Assembly: GCF_001457615.1 (NCBI RefSeq)
Contig: NZ_LN831024.1
Location: 270,001-302,000, forward strand
From: Pseudomonas aeruginosa
GTDB lineage: Bacteria; Pseudomonadota; Gammaproteobacteria; Pseudomonadales; Pseudomonadaceae
DNA: 32,000 bases
Direction of reading: 5' to 3'
In this document: positions 18,662-28,295 of the stretch, in pieces
How the letters are laid out: every line of letters starts with the position of its first letter
How positions within the stretch are numbered: position 1 is the stretch's first letter
The notes under the pieces: model-generated
What the model was told of the DNA's origin: nothing
Database searches by the model: none
Seen by the model: only the letters and a program-made list of their open reading frames with translations
Position numbers and translations under genes: made by a program

Positions 18662-19217
18662 GTTGGCCAACCGCAAGGAGCGTGGGCGTGCACCTTTGAT
18701 TCATCGGAAGGCGTAAGGTGCGGCAGGTTTATAGATGGTGTGGGTTGGTGTGTGCTTAGGAATGAGGTAATTCAGAAGGCGGGGGATTGGAAGGGGAAGG
18801 AGGAATTGATCCTGCTAAGCGGCACTGTTGGCATATCTTGCCAGTCAGCGTAAAGGCTCAGTAGGTCTCATAGAGATGGCTAACGTAGGTCCCGCAGACT
18901 TTTCGGCCAATTTTGGCACTGGCCAACCTTGCCTCTTGTTCAGTTAGGCAGGATTTCGTGACGGTCGTCTCGGCTCGGGGGGGCTTTGCGGCAAATTGAG
19001 TTCTGTCGTGACGCGCACTTGCCGTCCGGTCTAGGATCGGTCAAGAAGATATGAACCTCTTCGGTGTCATTTCTCTTGCGCGCAAGCTATACATGATCGC
19101 CATCTAGGCCACCTTGCGAGTGAGACAGCTACAAGCCCTGGTCTCGCTGGTGCTGTCATCCTGCTGTCACGAGCTTGGGCTTCGCTAGGCGATTTCTCAC
19201 CAAAGCCGCATGAAATC

Positions 19218-19294
19218 TGGCGCATCCGGCGGGATTCGAACCCACGACCCCTGCCTTCGGAGGGCAGTACTCTATCCAGCTGAGCTACGGATGC
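19218..19294 (-). tRNA. tRNA-Arg(CCG)
   Basis: GCATCCGTAGCTCAGCTGGATAGAGTACTGCCCTCCGAAGGCAGGGGTCGTGGGTTCGAATCCCGCCGGATGCGCCA folds as a cloverleaf; anticodon loop CTCCGAA; encoded CCA. Confidence 0.97.
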
Positions 19295-19923
19295 AGCGCC
19301 GCGGCTCGCGCGGCAGGCCGCAATCATACGCATCTCGTCGGCGGGAGTCCATTCCATGTGCGTACGTTCGTGATTTCGAACGGAAACGACCGTCCGTCGA
19401 GGATGTGCTCAGAAAAGCAGCAGAATATTCCGACTTTCGTTGATTTTATCGAACGGGGTATTGCCCTTTGTCAGTGGTGGCCCTAGGATTCGTTTGAGAT
19501 TTCAAACGCCCCCAAAGCCACAACAACAGGAGACCGGGGAATTGGCATCAGTTCAGCCGGCCGCGTGCCCCTGGAATGACCTCTTTCTGACCTGCCCGTC
19601 GCTCGTCCGGCCTTTCGCGCTGCCGGGCCGCCGTGGTGCCGGCGTGGCGTTTCGTCCGCAATCCCTTTCCCGCACGAGTCTTTCGTATCCTCCCCGACGC
19701 CTGTCGGCGGTCGCGTTCGTCCGCGTCCGCCCGTTGCGCACGGTGGCCGGCCGGTAACGGCGACGCCGCTGGCACAGGGCGCAGGAAATGGAACACCGGG
19801 GCGCTGGCCCTTTCGAATAACCAGCAGGCAACACTTTCCGGTTACAACCGAACCAGACAACCAGGCACGCGGGGTAGTCGAGGTAGACCCGCTGCTCACG
19901 GCATTCCTCGAAGGAGACAGGTC

Positions 19924-21375
19924 ATGCAACTCAAAGATGCCAAGCTGTTCCGTCAACAAGCCTACGTCGATGGCGCCTGGGTGGATGCCGACAACGGCCA
20001 GACCATCAAGGTGAACAACCCGGCCACCGGCGAGATCATCGGCAGCGTGCCGAAGATGGGCGCCGCCGAGACCCGCCGCGCCATCGAGGCTGCCGACAAG
20101 GCCCTGCCGGCCTGGCGCGCGCTGACCGCCAAGGAGCGCGCCAACAAGCTGCGCCGCTGGTTCGACCTGATGATCGAGAACCAGGACGACCTGGCCCGCC
20201 TGATGACCATCGAGCAGGGCAAGCCGCTGGCCGAGGCCAAGGGCGAGATCGCCTACGCCGCCTCCTTCCTCGAATGGTTCGGCGAAGAAGCCAAGCGCAT
20301 CTACGGCGACACCATTCCCGGCCACCAGCCGGACAAGCGCATCATCGTGATCAAGCAGCCGATCGGTGTGACCGCGGCCATCACGCCGTGGAACTTCCCC
20401 TCGGCGATGATCACCCGCAAGGCCGGCCCGGCCCTGGCCGCCGGCTGCACCATGGTGCTCAAGCCTGCTTCGCAGACCCCGTATTCCGCCCTGGCCCTGG
20501 CCGAGCTGGCAGAGCGCGCCGGCATTCCGAAGGGCGTGTTCAGCGTGGTCACCGGTAGCGCCGGCGAAGTCGGCGGCGAGCTGACCAGCAACCCGATCGT
20601 GCGCAAGCTGACCTTCACCGGTTCCACCGAAATCGGCCGCCAACTGATGGCCGAGTGCGCCCAGGACATCAAGAAGGTGTCCCTGGAGCTGGGTGGCAAC
20701 GCGCCGTTCATCGTGTTCGACGACGCCGACCTGGACGCCGCCGTCGAGGGCGCGCTGATTTCCAAGTACCGCAACAACGGCCAGACCTGCGTCTGCGCCA
20801 ACCGCCTGTACGTGCAGGACGGCGTGTACGACGCCTTCGTCGACAAGCTGAAGGCCGCCGTGGCCAAGCTGAACATCGGCAACGGCCTGGAAGCCGGCGT
20901 GACCACCGGTCCGCTGATCGACGCCAAGGCCGTGACCAAGGTCGAGGAACACATCGCCGACGCGGTCTCCAAGGGCGCCAAGGTGGTTTCCGGCGGCAAG
21001 CCGCACGCCCTCGGCGGCACCTTCTTCGAGCCGACCATCCTGGTCGACGTGCCGAAGAACGCCCTGGTGTCCAAGGACGAGACCTTCGGCCCGCTGGCGC
21101 CGGTGTTCCGCTTCAAGGACGAGGCCGAGGTCATCGCCATGTCCAACGATACCGAGTTCGGCCTGGCGTCCTACTTCTACGCCCGCGACCTGGCCCGCGT
21201 GTTCCGCGTCGCCGAGCAACTGGAGTACGGCATGGTCGGCATCAACACCGGCCTGATCTCCAACGAAGTGGCGCCGTTCGGCGGCATCAAGGCCTCGGGC
21301 CTGGGCCGCGAAGGCTCCAAGTACGGGATCGAGGACTACCTCGAGATCAAGTACCTCTGCCTGGGCGGTATCTGA
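19924..21375 (+). CDS. gabD: Succinate-semialdehyde dehydrogenase (NADP+)
   Basis: 483 aa from ATG 19924: MQLKDAKLFRQQAYVDGAWVDADNGQTIKVNNPATGEIIGSVPKMG..., VSLELGGNAPFIVFDDADLDAAVEGA..., NNGQTCVCANR. Confidence 0.98.
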   Translation: MQLKDAKLFRQQAYVDGAWVDADNGQTIKVNNPATGEIIGSVPKMGAAETRRAIEAADKALPAWRALTAKERANKLRRWFDLMIENQDDLARLMTIEQGKPLAEAKGEIAYAASFLEWFGEEAKRIYGDTIPGHQPDKRIIVIKQPIGVTAAITPWNFPSAMITRKAGPALAAGCTMVLKPASQTPYSALALAELAERAGIPKGVFSVVTGSAGEVGGELTSNPIVRKLTFTGSTEIGRQLMAECAQDIKKVSLELGGNAPFIVFDDADLDAAVEGALISKYRNNGQTCVCANRLYVQDGVYDAFVDKLKAAVAKLNIGNGLEAGVTTGPLIDAKAVTKVEEHIADAVSKGAKVVSGGKPHALGGTFFEPTILVDVPKNALVSKDETFGPLAPVFRFKDEAEVIAMSNDTEFGLASYFYARDLARVFRVAEQLEYGMVGINTGLISNEVAPFGGIKASGLGREGSKYGIEDYLEIKYLCLGGI

Positions 21376-21619
21376 GTCCGGCGAGAAACGCATCCGGAGG
21401 GGCCGGACGGCAGGCAAGAGCTGCGCCGTCCGGTGTCGACGTTGCCGGTGGTGGCACCGGACGAACCGGGAGTCGCGGTCGCCGATCGCGAAGCGGCTCC
21501 GAGCCCTGGCGGGCCTGCAAGTCCCGAGGCAGTCGATCATCGCATGCTGCCTTGGGGAGCTTCCTTCCCGCCTTCATCCTTTGACCCGGCCGACCCGATG
21601 AGCGGCCACTGAGGAAGCC

Positions 21620-22900
21620 ATGAGCAAGACCAACGAATCCCTGCTGAAGCGTCGCCAGGCCGCGGTACCCCGCGGCGTGGGCCAGATCCACCCGGTCGTC
21701 GCCGAGCGCGCCGAGAACTCCACCGTCTGGGACGTGGAAGGCCGCGAGTACATCGACTTCGCCGGCGGCATCGCCGTGCTGAACACCGGCCACCTGCATC
21801 CGAAGGTGATCGCCGCGGTCCAGGAGCAACTGGGCAAGCTGTCCCACACCTGCTTCCAGGTGCTGGCCTACGAACCCTACATCGAGCTGGCCGAGGAAAT
21901 CGCCAAGCGTGTGCCGGGCGACTTCCCGAAGAAGACCCTGCTGGTCACCTCCGGCTCCGAAGCCGTGGAGAACGCCGTCAAGATCGCCCGCGCCGCCACC
22001 GGCCGCGCTGGCGTGATCGCCTTCACCGGCGCCTACCACGGCCGCACCATGATGACCCTGGGCCTGACCGGCAAGGTGGTCCCGTACTCCGCCGGCATGG
22101 GCCTGATGCCGGGCGGCATCTTCCGCGCCCTGGCGCCCTGCGAGCTGCACGGCGTGAGCGAGGACGACTCCATCGCCAGCATCGAGCGCATCTTCAAGAA
22201 CGATGCCCAGCCCCAGGACATCGCCGCGATCATCATCGAGCCGGTGCAGGGCGAGGGTGGCTTCTACGTCAACTCCAAGTCCTTCATGCAGCGCCTGCGC
22301 GCCCTGTGCGACCAGCACGGCATCCTGCTGATCGCCGACGAAGTGCAGACCGGCGCCGGCCGTACCGGCACCTTCTTCGCTACCGAGCAACTGGGCATCG
22401 TTCCTGACCTGACCACCTTCGCCAAGTCGGTCGGCGGCGGCTTCCCGATCTCCGGCGTGGCCGGCAAGGCCGAGATCATGGACGCCATCGCGCCCGGCGG
22501 CCTGGGCGGCACCTATGCCGGCAGCCCGATCGCCTGCGCCGCGGCACTGGCCGTGCTGAAGGTGTTCGAGGAAGAGAAGCTGCTGGAACGTTCGCAAGCC
22601 GTCGGCGAGCGCCTCAAGGCCGGCCTGCGCGAGATCCAGGCCAAGCACAAGGTGATCGGCGACGTTCGTGGCCTGGGTTCGATGGTGGCCATCGAGCTGT
22701 TCGAGGGCGGCGATACCCACAAGCCGGCCGCCGAGCTGGTCAGCAAGATCGTCGTCCGTGCGCGCGAGAAGGGCCTGATCCTGCTCTCCTGCGGCACCTA
22801 CTACAACGTCATCCGCTTCCTCATGCCCGTCACCATCCCCGACGCGCAACTGGAGAAGGGCCTGGCCATCCTGGCCGAGTGCTTCGACGAACTCGCTTAA
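21620..22900 (+). CDS. gabT: 4-aminobutyrate aminotransferase
   Basis: 426 aa: MSKTNESLLKRRQAAVPRGVGQIHPV..., GAYHGRTMMTLGLTGKVVPY, IADEVQTGAGRTGTFFATEQLG. Confidence 0.98.
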   Translation: MSKTNESLLKRRQAAVPRGVGQIHPVVAERAENSTVWDVEGREYIDFAGGIAVLNTGHLHPKVIAAVQEQLGKLSHTCFQVLAYEPYIELAEEIAKRVPGDFPKKTLLVTSGSEAVENAVKIARAATGRAGVIAFTGAYHGRTMMTLGLTGKVVPYSAGMGLMPGGIFRALAPCELHGVSEDDSIASIERIFKNDAQPQDIAAIIIEPVQGEGGFYVNSKSFMQRLRALCDQHGILLIADEVQTGAGRTGTFFATEQLGIVPDLTTFAKSVGGGFPISGVAGKAEIMDAIAPGGLGGTYAGSPIACAAALAVLKVFEEEKLLERSQAVGERLKAGLREIQAKHKVIGDVRGLGSMVAIELFEGGDTHKPAAELVSKIVVRAREKGLILLSCGTYYNVIRFLMPVTIPDAQLEKGLAILAECFDELA

Positions 22901-23224
22901 GCTTCACCGGCAAAGCGATACCCCGAGGCCCGCGCGTCCGCGCGGGCCTTTCTTTCAGAGGCTTCACGGAAACGGAAGCCTCTTTTTTCTGCCAGGGTTT
23001 TCCGCGAAACGCCCGACGAACGGTTTTCCCCTATTACCCTTGGGCGCCTGGCGCATACGAATCCTCCCGCATTCCTCCGGTCGTACCGTTCGAGGCGATT
23101 AGGACAGGTCCTAGAGGCGCACCGTGTTCGCCCGTCATACCCTTGTGTGCCCGCGGGCCGTGTCGTGCCCGCCTGTCATGCCTGGTGCGTCCCGCTCGGT
23201 TCGCCAGGTTCGAAGAGGAAAGCC

Positions 23225-24424
23225 ATGAGTGCCGCGAAAAAGGCCCCCGTCATCCTGATTGCCGATCCGGACCCCTGGAGTCGCGACCTGCTTGGCCAAC
23301 TGGTCCTCGGCGTGCGTTGCGATGCGCGGCTGGTCCTCTGCGGCGATGGCGGGGAAGCGCTGGCGCATTGCCGGCGCCGGCGCTTCGCGTTGATCCTGGC
23401 CGAGCTGAACCTGCCGCAAGTGGATGGCTTCGAGCTGCTGCGCGAAGCGCGCCTGCGCCGCTCGGTCGCCGAGCAGCCGTTCATCCTGATCAGCGACCGC
23501 GCCGACCAGGCCAGCGTGCGCGCCGCCGTGGCACTGGCGCCGACCGCCTACCTGGTGAAGCCGTTCCAGGCCGAGAACCTGATGCAACGCCTGCGAGGGT
23601 TGTTGCTGAAGGGCGACGAAGTGGTCGCCTGTCCGCTGCCGGAGCGGGACGCGGGCGAGAACCTGGAGGCTTTCCTCGAACGCGCGCGCGACTCCGCGGA
23701 GGGGGCGCCGTTGCTGGCCGACGTGCGTGCCGCCAGCGATCGTTGCCTGAGCGCCGAGGAGCATCCGCTGCGCGTGCTGGAGGATGAGTTCGGCCGCGAT
23801 CCGCAGATCACCGCTGGCCTGATCGCCGCCGCCAACAGCGCCGCCCGGCACGTCGGTCCGGCCTGCCAGACCCTGGGCCAGGCCCTGCGGCGGCTGGGAC
23901 TCGGGCACAGCCTGAACCTGGTGCTCGGTTTCAGCCTGCAGCGGGCCATCCAGCTCGGCGAGCCGCTGCTGGCCGAGCGCGCCATGCACTTCTGGGATCT
24001 TTCGCAACGTTGCGCGGACATCGCCTGGGAACTGGCCGACGCCCTCGGCGCGGACGTCGAGCGCTGCTATACCGCAGGGCTGCTGCATCGCCTGGGCGAC
24101 CTGGCGCTGCTGCGGACATTGCAGGATTGGTGCGATGGCGGCGGCGCGCTGGACGAGGCGCGCCTCGACGAGCTGCTGGGGCGTTTCGGCGCCAGCTTCG
24201 GCTCGGCCCTGCGGGCGCGTTGGCGGCTGCCGCTGGAGCTGCGCCGGCTGATCGCTGCGGCGTACCAGTTCGGTGGCGTGCTTTCCCGCGAAGAGCTGAT
24301 CCTCAGCCTGGCGACCCAGGCCGCCAGCCTGCCCGAGGACGACGCGGAGCAACTGGCCGAGAGCAAGGCTGCCCGCATGCTCGGCCTGGACGGCGAACGA
24401 CTGGCGAAACTGCTGCAGCCCTGA
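23225..24424 (+). CDS. Receiver-domain and HDOD-domain protein
   Basis: MSAAKKAPVILIADPDPWSRDLLGQLV...LILAELNLPQVDGFELLREA...PTAYLVKPF, then HDOD-like QITAGLIAAANSAARHVG...LGQALRRLGLGHSLNLVL...YTAGLLHRLGDLALL. Confidence 0.85.
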   Translation: MSAAKKAPVILIADPDPWSRDLLGQLVLGVRCDARLVLCGDGGEALAHCRRRRFALILAELNLPQVDGFELLREARLRRSVAEQPFILISDRADQASVRAAVALAPTAYLVKPFQAENLMQRLRGLLLKGDEVVACPLPERDAGENLEAFLERARDSAEGAPLLADVRAASDRCLSAEEHPLRVLEDEFGRDPQITAGLIAAANSAARHVGPACQTLGQALRRLGLGHSLNLVLGFSLQRAIQLGEPLLAERAMHFWDLSQRCADIAWELADALGADVERCYTAGLLHRLGDLALLRTLQDWCDGGGALDEARLDELLGRFGASFGSALRARWRLPLELRRLIAAAYQFGGVLSREELILSLATQAASLPEDDAEQLAESKAARMLGLDGERLAKLLQP

Positions 24425-24594
24425 GCCGTCCTCGCCGGGCTTTTGCAAGGGGCGGCGCCTCCCGTAGGGCGGATAACGCGACGCGTCATGCGCCGCTGGG
24501 CATGGGGCGCGGTTGCAATCGAGCCTCTGGCCGGGGAGATCGGCACCTACCTGCGCGCCGCCGAGTTGCCGGCCGTGGATGGGCGGAAGCGCGC

Positions 24595-26016
24595 CTAGCG
24601 CCGCAGCTCGGCGCGCAACAGGTCCAACGCCGGGTCGATGTCGTCCCGTTCGATGCAGCCGAAGCCGAAGAGGAAGCCGGCCTGTGCCGGGGTTTCCGCG
24701 TAGAAGGGCGGCAGGGTGCCGACCTCCAGGCCTTGCTGGCGCAAATGACGGGCGATGCGCAGCACATCCAGCGGTTCGCGACAGCGCGCCGCGAGGTGGA
24801 TCCCGGCCACCGCCGGCAGCGCTTCGAGCCAGGGGCTCAGGTCGCCGTGCAGGCGTTCCAGCAGGCGCCCGCGACGCTGGGCGTATTCGCGTTGCAGGCG
24901 GCGCGTATGGCGGGCGAAGTCGCCGCGCTGGATGAACAGCGCGAGGGCGCGCTGCTGCAAGGTCTCGCTGTGCCGGTCGACCAGCTTGCGCGCCGCCAGC
25001 ACCGCTTCGCGCAGGCTTGCCGGCGGCAGCAGGTAGCCGAGGCGCAGCTCGGGGAAGAGGGTCTTGGAAAAGGTCCCGAGGTAGGCCACCTGGCCGTTCC
25101 GGTCGAGGCTGCGCAGCGACTCCAGCGAACGCCCGTCGAAGCGGTACTCGCTGTCGTAGTCGTCCTCGATGATCAGCGCCCGGTGGCGCTGCGCCCAGTC
25201 CAGCAACTGCAGGCGCCGCTCCAGGCTCATCGGCATGCCCAGCGGGAACTGGTGCGACGGGGTGACGTAGACCAGCTTGGCGTTGTCCGGCAGCAGGTCG
25301 ACGCGCAGCCCCTCGGCGTCCACCGGCACTCCGCGCACCTCGGCGCCGGTGGCCAGCAGGCTGGCGCGGGCCGGCGGATAACCGGGTTCCTCGACCACCG
25401 CCAGGTCGCCGGGGTCGAGCATCACCCGGGCCAGCAGGTCGAGTCCCTGCTGGGCGCCCTGGGTGACCATCAGGGCGTTCCAGTCGCACTGCACGGCGCG
25501 GTTGATCGCCAGGTAGCGGGAGATCGCCAGGCGCAGCTCGGGGTCGCCTTCGGTTTCCTTGTAGAACGCCGGCGAGCGCTGTTGCAGGCGTAGCGCCTGG
25601 AGCACGCAGGTACGCCAGGTATCGAAGGGAAAGCGGCGCTTGTCGGTCGTGCCGCCGGCGAAGCTGTAGCGGAGCGGTGCTCGCTGGTCCATCAGACCGG
25701 ACTGCGGTTCGATGCGTGCCCAGCGCGCGGCCGGCCGCAACGGACCGTCGGCGCGCTGCAGCGGCGCTTCCCCGGCGGGCCCGCGGGCGACGAAGGTGCC
25801 GCTGCCGACCCGTCCTTCGAGGAAGCCCTCGCTGGCGAGGCGCTCGTAGGCTTCGCTGACGGTCTTGCGCGACACTTCCAGGCGTTCGGCGAGGTAGCGC
25901 GTGGCTGGCAGGCGATCGCCGGTGGCCAGGCGACCATGGAGGATCGCGTCGCGCAGCTGGCGATAGAGCTGGCCGACCAGGTCGTGGCGGCCGTCGAGGA
26001 TCAGTTGCAGTTCCAT
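24595..26016 (-). CDS. MocR/PdxR-type regulator (GntR wHTH plus aminotransferase-like domain)
   Basis: LYRQLRDAILHGRLATGDRLPATRYLAERLEVSRKTVSEAYERLASEGFLEGRVGSGTFV ... VTQGAQQGLDLLARVMLDPGDLAVVEEPGYP ... IIEDDYDSEYRF. Confidence 0.95.
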   Translation of the reverse strand: MELQLILDGRHDLVGQLYRQLRDAILHGRLATGDRLPATRYLAERLEVSRKTVSEAYERLASEGFLEGRVGSGTFVARGPAGEAPLQRADGPLRPAARWARIEPQSGLMDQRAPLRYSFAGGTTDKRRFPFDTWRTCVLQALRLQQRSPAFYKETEGDPELRLAISRYLAINRAVQCDWNALMVTQGAQQGLDLLARVMLDPGDLAVVEEPGYPPARASLLATGAEVRGVPVDAEGLRVDLLPDNAKLVYVTPSHQFPLGMPMSLERRLQLLDWAQRHRALIIEDDYDSEYRFDGRSLESLRSLDRNGQVAYLGTFSKTLFPELRLGYLLPPASLREAVLAARKLVDRHSETLQQRALALFIQRGDFARHTRRLQREYAQRRGRLLERLHGDLSPWLEALPAVAGIHLAARCREPLDVLRIARHLRQQGLEVGTLPPFYAETPAQAGFLFGFGCIERDDIDPALDLLRAELRR

Positions 26017-26142
26017 GGCGAAATTGGCTACCTGGTATTTCTGGTAATTGGCTCTTCGTGGAAGCCAAAGGCAGGCTTAGTGTTACCCCATGCCGCGCCG
26101 CTTTCCACTCTCGCGGCTGCCAATCAGCCAAGGAGATTCGCC

Positions 26143-26580
26143 ATGACCACCCGCCTCGAATGGGCCAAAGCCTCCCCCGACGCCTATGCCGCCATGCTCG
26201 GCCTGGAAAAGGCCCTGGCCAAGGCCGGCCTGGAGCGCCCGTTGATCGAACTGGTCTACCTGCGCACTTCGCAGATCAACGGTTGCGCCTACTGCGTGAA
26301 CATGCATGCCAACGACGCGCGCAAGGCCGGCGAGACCGAGCAGCGTCTGCAAGCGCTCTGCGTCTGGCAGGAAACCCCCTACTTCACCCCACGCGAGCGC
26401 GCTGCCCTGGCCTGGACCGAGCAACTCGCCCGCCTCAGCCAGGGGGCGTTGCCGCACGGCCTGCTCGACGAACTGCGCGAGCACTTCGACGACAAGGAGA
26501 TCGCCGAACTGACCCTGGCGGTCTCGGCCATCAACGCCTGGAACCGCTTCGGCGTCGGCATGGGCATGCAACCGGAATGA
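26143..26580 (+). CDS. AhpD-family / carboxymuconolactone decarboxylase-like protein
   Basis: 145 aa: MTTRLEWAKASPDAYAAMLGLEKAL...LVYLRTSQINGCAYCVNMHANDARKAGETEQRL. Confidence 0.93.
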   Translation: MTTRLEWAKASPDAYAAMLGLEKALAKAGLERPLIELVYLRTSQINGCAYCVNMHANDARKAGETEQRLQALCVWQETPYFTPRERAALAWTEQLARLSQGALPHGLLDELREHFDDKEIAELTLAVSAINAWNRFGVGMGMQPE

Positions 26581-26591
26581 GGTGGACGGCG

Positions 26592-26999
26592 ATGAAGGCC
26601 AATCGATCGATCGCCTGCCTGCTGCTCGCCGCGCTGCCGACGCTGGCCAGCGCCCATGTTGCGGAGAAGGTGGAAACCCTGCACGACCAGGCCCTGGCCG
26701 AGATTCCCGGCCATCGTGGGTTGATGCTGACGGTGTCGTTCAAGCCCGGCCAGGTCTCCGCGCCCCATGTGCATCCCGGCTCGGTGTTCGTCTACGTGCT
26801 CGAAGGCACCGTGCAGACGCAACTGGAAGGCGGCCCGGTGGAGACCTACACGGTGGGCCAGAGCTGGTACGAGCCGGCGAACGTGCCGCACCTGCTGGCA
26901 CGCAATCCCGATCCGATGAAGCCGGCCAAGTTGCTGGTCTGGGAGTTGCTCAAGGAGGGCGACCCGATCCTCAAGCCACTGGAGCGCGGCGCCCACTGA
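26592..26999 (+). CDS. Secreted cupin-domain protein
   Basis: 135 aa: MKANRSIACLLLAALPTLASA signal peptide; SAPHVHPGSVFVYVLEGTVQTQLEGGPVETYTVGQSWYE cupin motif. An alternative ATG at 26577 overlaps the previous stop. Confidence 0.9.
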   Translation: MKANRSIACLLLAALPTLASAHVAEKVETLHDQALAEIPGHRGLMLTVSFKPGQVSAPHVHPGSVFVYVLEGTVQTQLEGGPVETYTVGQSWYEPANVPHLLARNPDPMKPAKLLVWELLKEGDPILKPLERGAH

Positions 27000-27032
27000 G
27001 GCGTCGCTCGTTCGCCCGGAGGAGCGTCCGTC

Positions 27033-27317
27033 ATGAGCGCCAGCCAGGTCATCCGTATTCGCGCGCGCAATGGTCAGTCGGAACGGCTTGGCCTGCGCCT
27101 GCAACAACTGGTCGAACCGGGGCTGGAGGCGCCGGGTTGCCTGGAGTACCAGGTGCGCAGGGACGCCCTCGAGCCGGATCTCTGGCTGGTGTGCAGCCAG
27201 TGGCGGGAAGCGCAGCAGATGTTCGACTACCTGGCCGGCGGCATCCAGCAGGTATTCGCCGAAGTGCTCTGGCGCTCCCTGGCGGCGAGCCTCGAAGTGC
27301 AGGATGACGCAGGCTAG
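27033..27317 (+). CDS. Putative antibiotic-biosynthesis-monooxygenase (ABM)-like small protein
   Basis: 94 aa: ...RLGLRLQQLVEPGLEAPGCLEYQVRRDALEPDLWLVCSQWREAQQMFDYL. Confidence 0.75.
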   Translation: MSASQVIRIRARNGQSERLGLRLQQLVEPGLEAPGCLEYQVRRDALEPDLWLVCSQWREAQQMFDYLAGGIQQVFAEVLWRSLAASLEVQDDAG

Positions 27318-28246
27318 AGCAAACCCAGCTCGGCGCAGACGATCAGTACCTGCTCGCGCAGCCAGAGGTTCGCCGGGTCCTGGTCGGCGGCGCGGCTCCA
27401 TGACAGGTGCAGGGCGAACGGCGGCAGCCCGGGCGGTGCGAGGCAGGCGTGATGGCGGCCATCGTCGAGCAGTGCATGGATACGCCGTGGCAGCATCAGC
27501 ACGAAGTCGCTGCCCGACAGCAGTTGCAGGGCGGCGACGTAGCTGTTGGCGCGCGCGGCGACCTCGCGGCTGCGGCCCTGGCGTCGCAGCCACGTGTCCA
27601 CCAGGTTGGCGTTGCTGGCGTCGAGCGGGGTCGGGAAGACGAAGCGGCGCCTGCAGAACTCGTCCAGTTCCAGGCGCTCGTGGCGCGGCTGGGCACGATC
27701 CTGTACGCAGAGCAGCTCGTCGCTGAACAGGGCGAGCGCCTGTAGCTCCGGTGCCGGTCGGTGGTACTCGGGACCGAAGTCGAAGACCAGGTCGACCTGG
27801 CCGTCGAGCAATGCTTCGGTGGGCAGTTCGGGACCCAGGCGGCGGATGTCCAGGCCGATCCTCGGGCCGTTGGCGGCGAGCCGTCGCAGGAGTGCCGGAA
27901 GGATCAGCAGCTCGACGTATTCCGGCGCGCAGAGGGTAAAGGTCCGCGGCTCGCCACGCGGGTCGAAGCTACCCTGGGCGGCGTGACAGGCGTTGATGCG
28001 GGCGAGCATTTCCTCCACGTGGGGCAGCATGGCGCGACTCTTGTGGGTCGGCTGCATGCCGCCGCGGGTGGCGATGAACAGCTCGTCGTCGAAGGCCTGG
28101 CGCAGCTTCTTCAGGCAGTAGCTGACCGTCGACGGACTGAGGTTCAGGAGTTCGGCGACCTCGACGAGGTTCTGTCGTTGGTGGACCTGGAGGAAGACCA
28201 GCAGGTCCTGCATGTCGACCTTGCGCAGGCCGTTGGCGATCAGCAT
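27314..28246 (-). CDS. LysR-family transcriptional regulator
   Basis: 310 aa: QDLLVFLQVHQRQNLVEVAELLNLSPSTVSYCLKKLRQAFDDELFIATRGGMQPT. Confidence 0.95.
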   Translation of the reverse strand: MLIANGLRKVDMQDLLVFLQVHQRQNLVEVAELLNLSPSTVSYCLKKLRQAFDDELFIATRGGMQPTHKSRAMLPHVEEMLARINACHAAQGSFDPRGEPRTFTLCAPEYVELLILPALLRRLAANGPRIGLDIRRLGPELPTEALLDGQVDLVFDFGPEYHRPAPELQALALFSDELLCVQDRAQPRHERLELDEFCRRRFVFPTPLDASNANLVDTWLRRQGRSREVAARANSYVAALQLLSGSDFVLMLPRRIHALLDDGRHHACLAPPGLPPFALHLSWSRAADQDPANLWLREQVLIVCAELGLL

Positions 28247-28295
28247 CGGGGCGTCCTGACGGCGTCGGGAGCGCCATCAGAACCCGTCCCTTTCC

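Noticed and set aside
10450-19217. CRISPR array, retron or plasmid replication module
   Set aside because: No regularly spaced 25-37 bp repeats, reverse transcriptase or replication/partition ORFs were visible; the GGTGTT repeats are too short and few to call an origin.
19218-19294. att-type duplication of the tRNA-Arg 3' end marking the far side of the island
   Set aside because: Looked for GCGCATCCGGCGGGATTCGAA-like copies near 10.4-12 kb; only a short non-significant AGCATCCGG match near 10405 was seen, so attL/attR is not claimed.
19483-21540. 685-aa minus-strand ORF antisense to gabD
   Set aside because: Low-complexity mirror frame of a GC-rich gene with an unambiguous gabD on the opposite strand.
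24487-24597. 36-aa plus-strand ORF (MRRWAWGAVAIEPLAGEIGTYLRAAELPAVDGRKRA)
   Set aside because: Too short, lacks a clear RBS and could be chance in GC-rich DNA.
23135-26131. 998-aa minus-strand ORF
   Set aside because: Overlaps both the receiver-HDOD gene and the MocR regulator; Arg/Pro/Ala-rich composition typical of a shadow frame.
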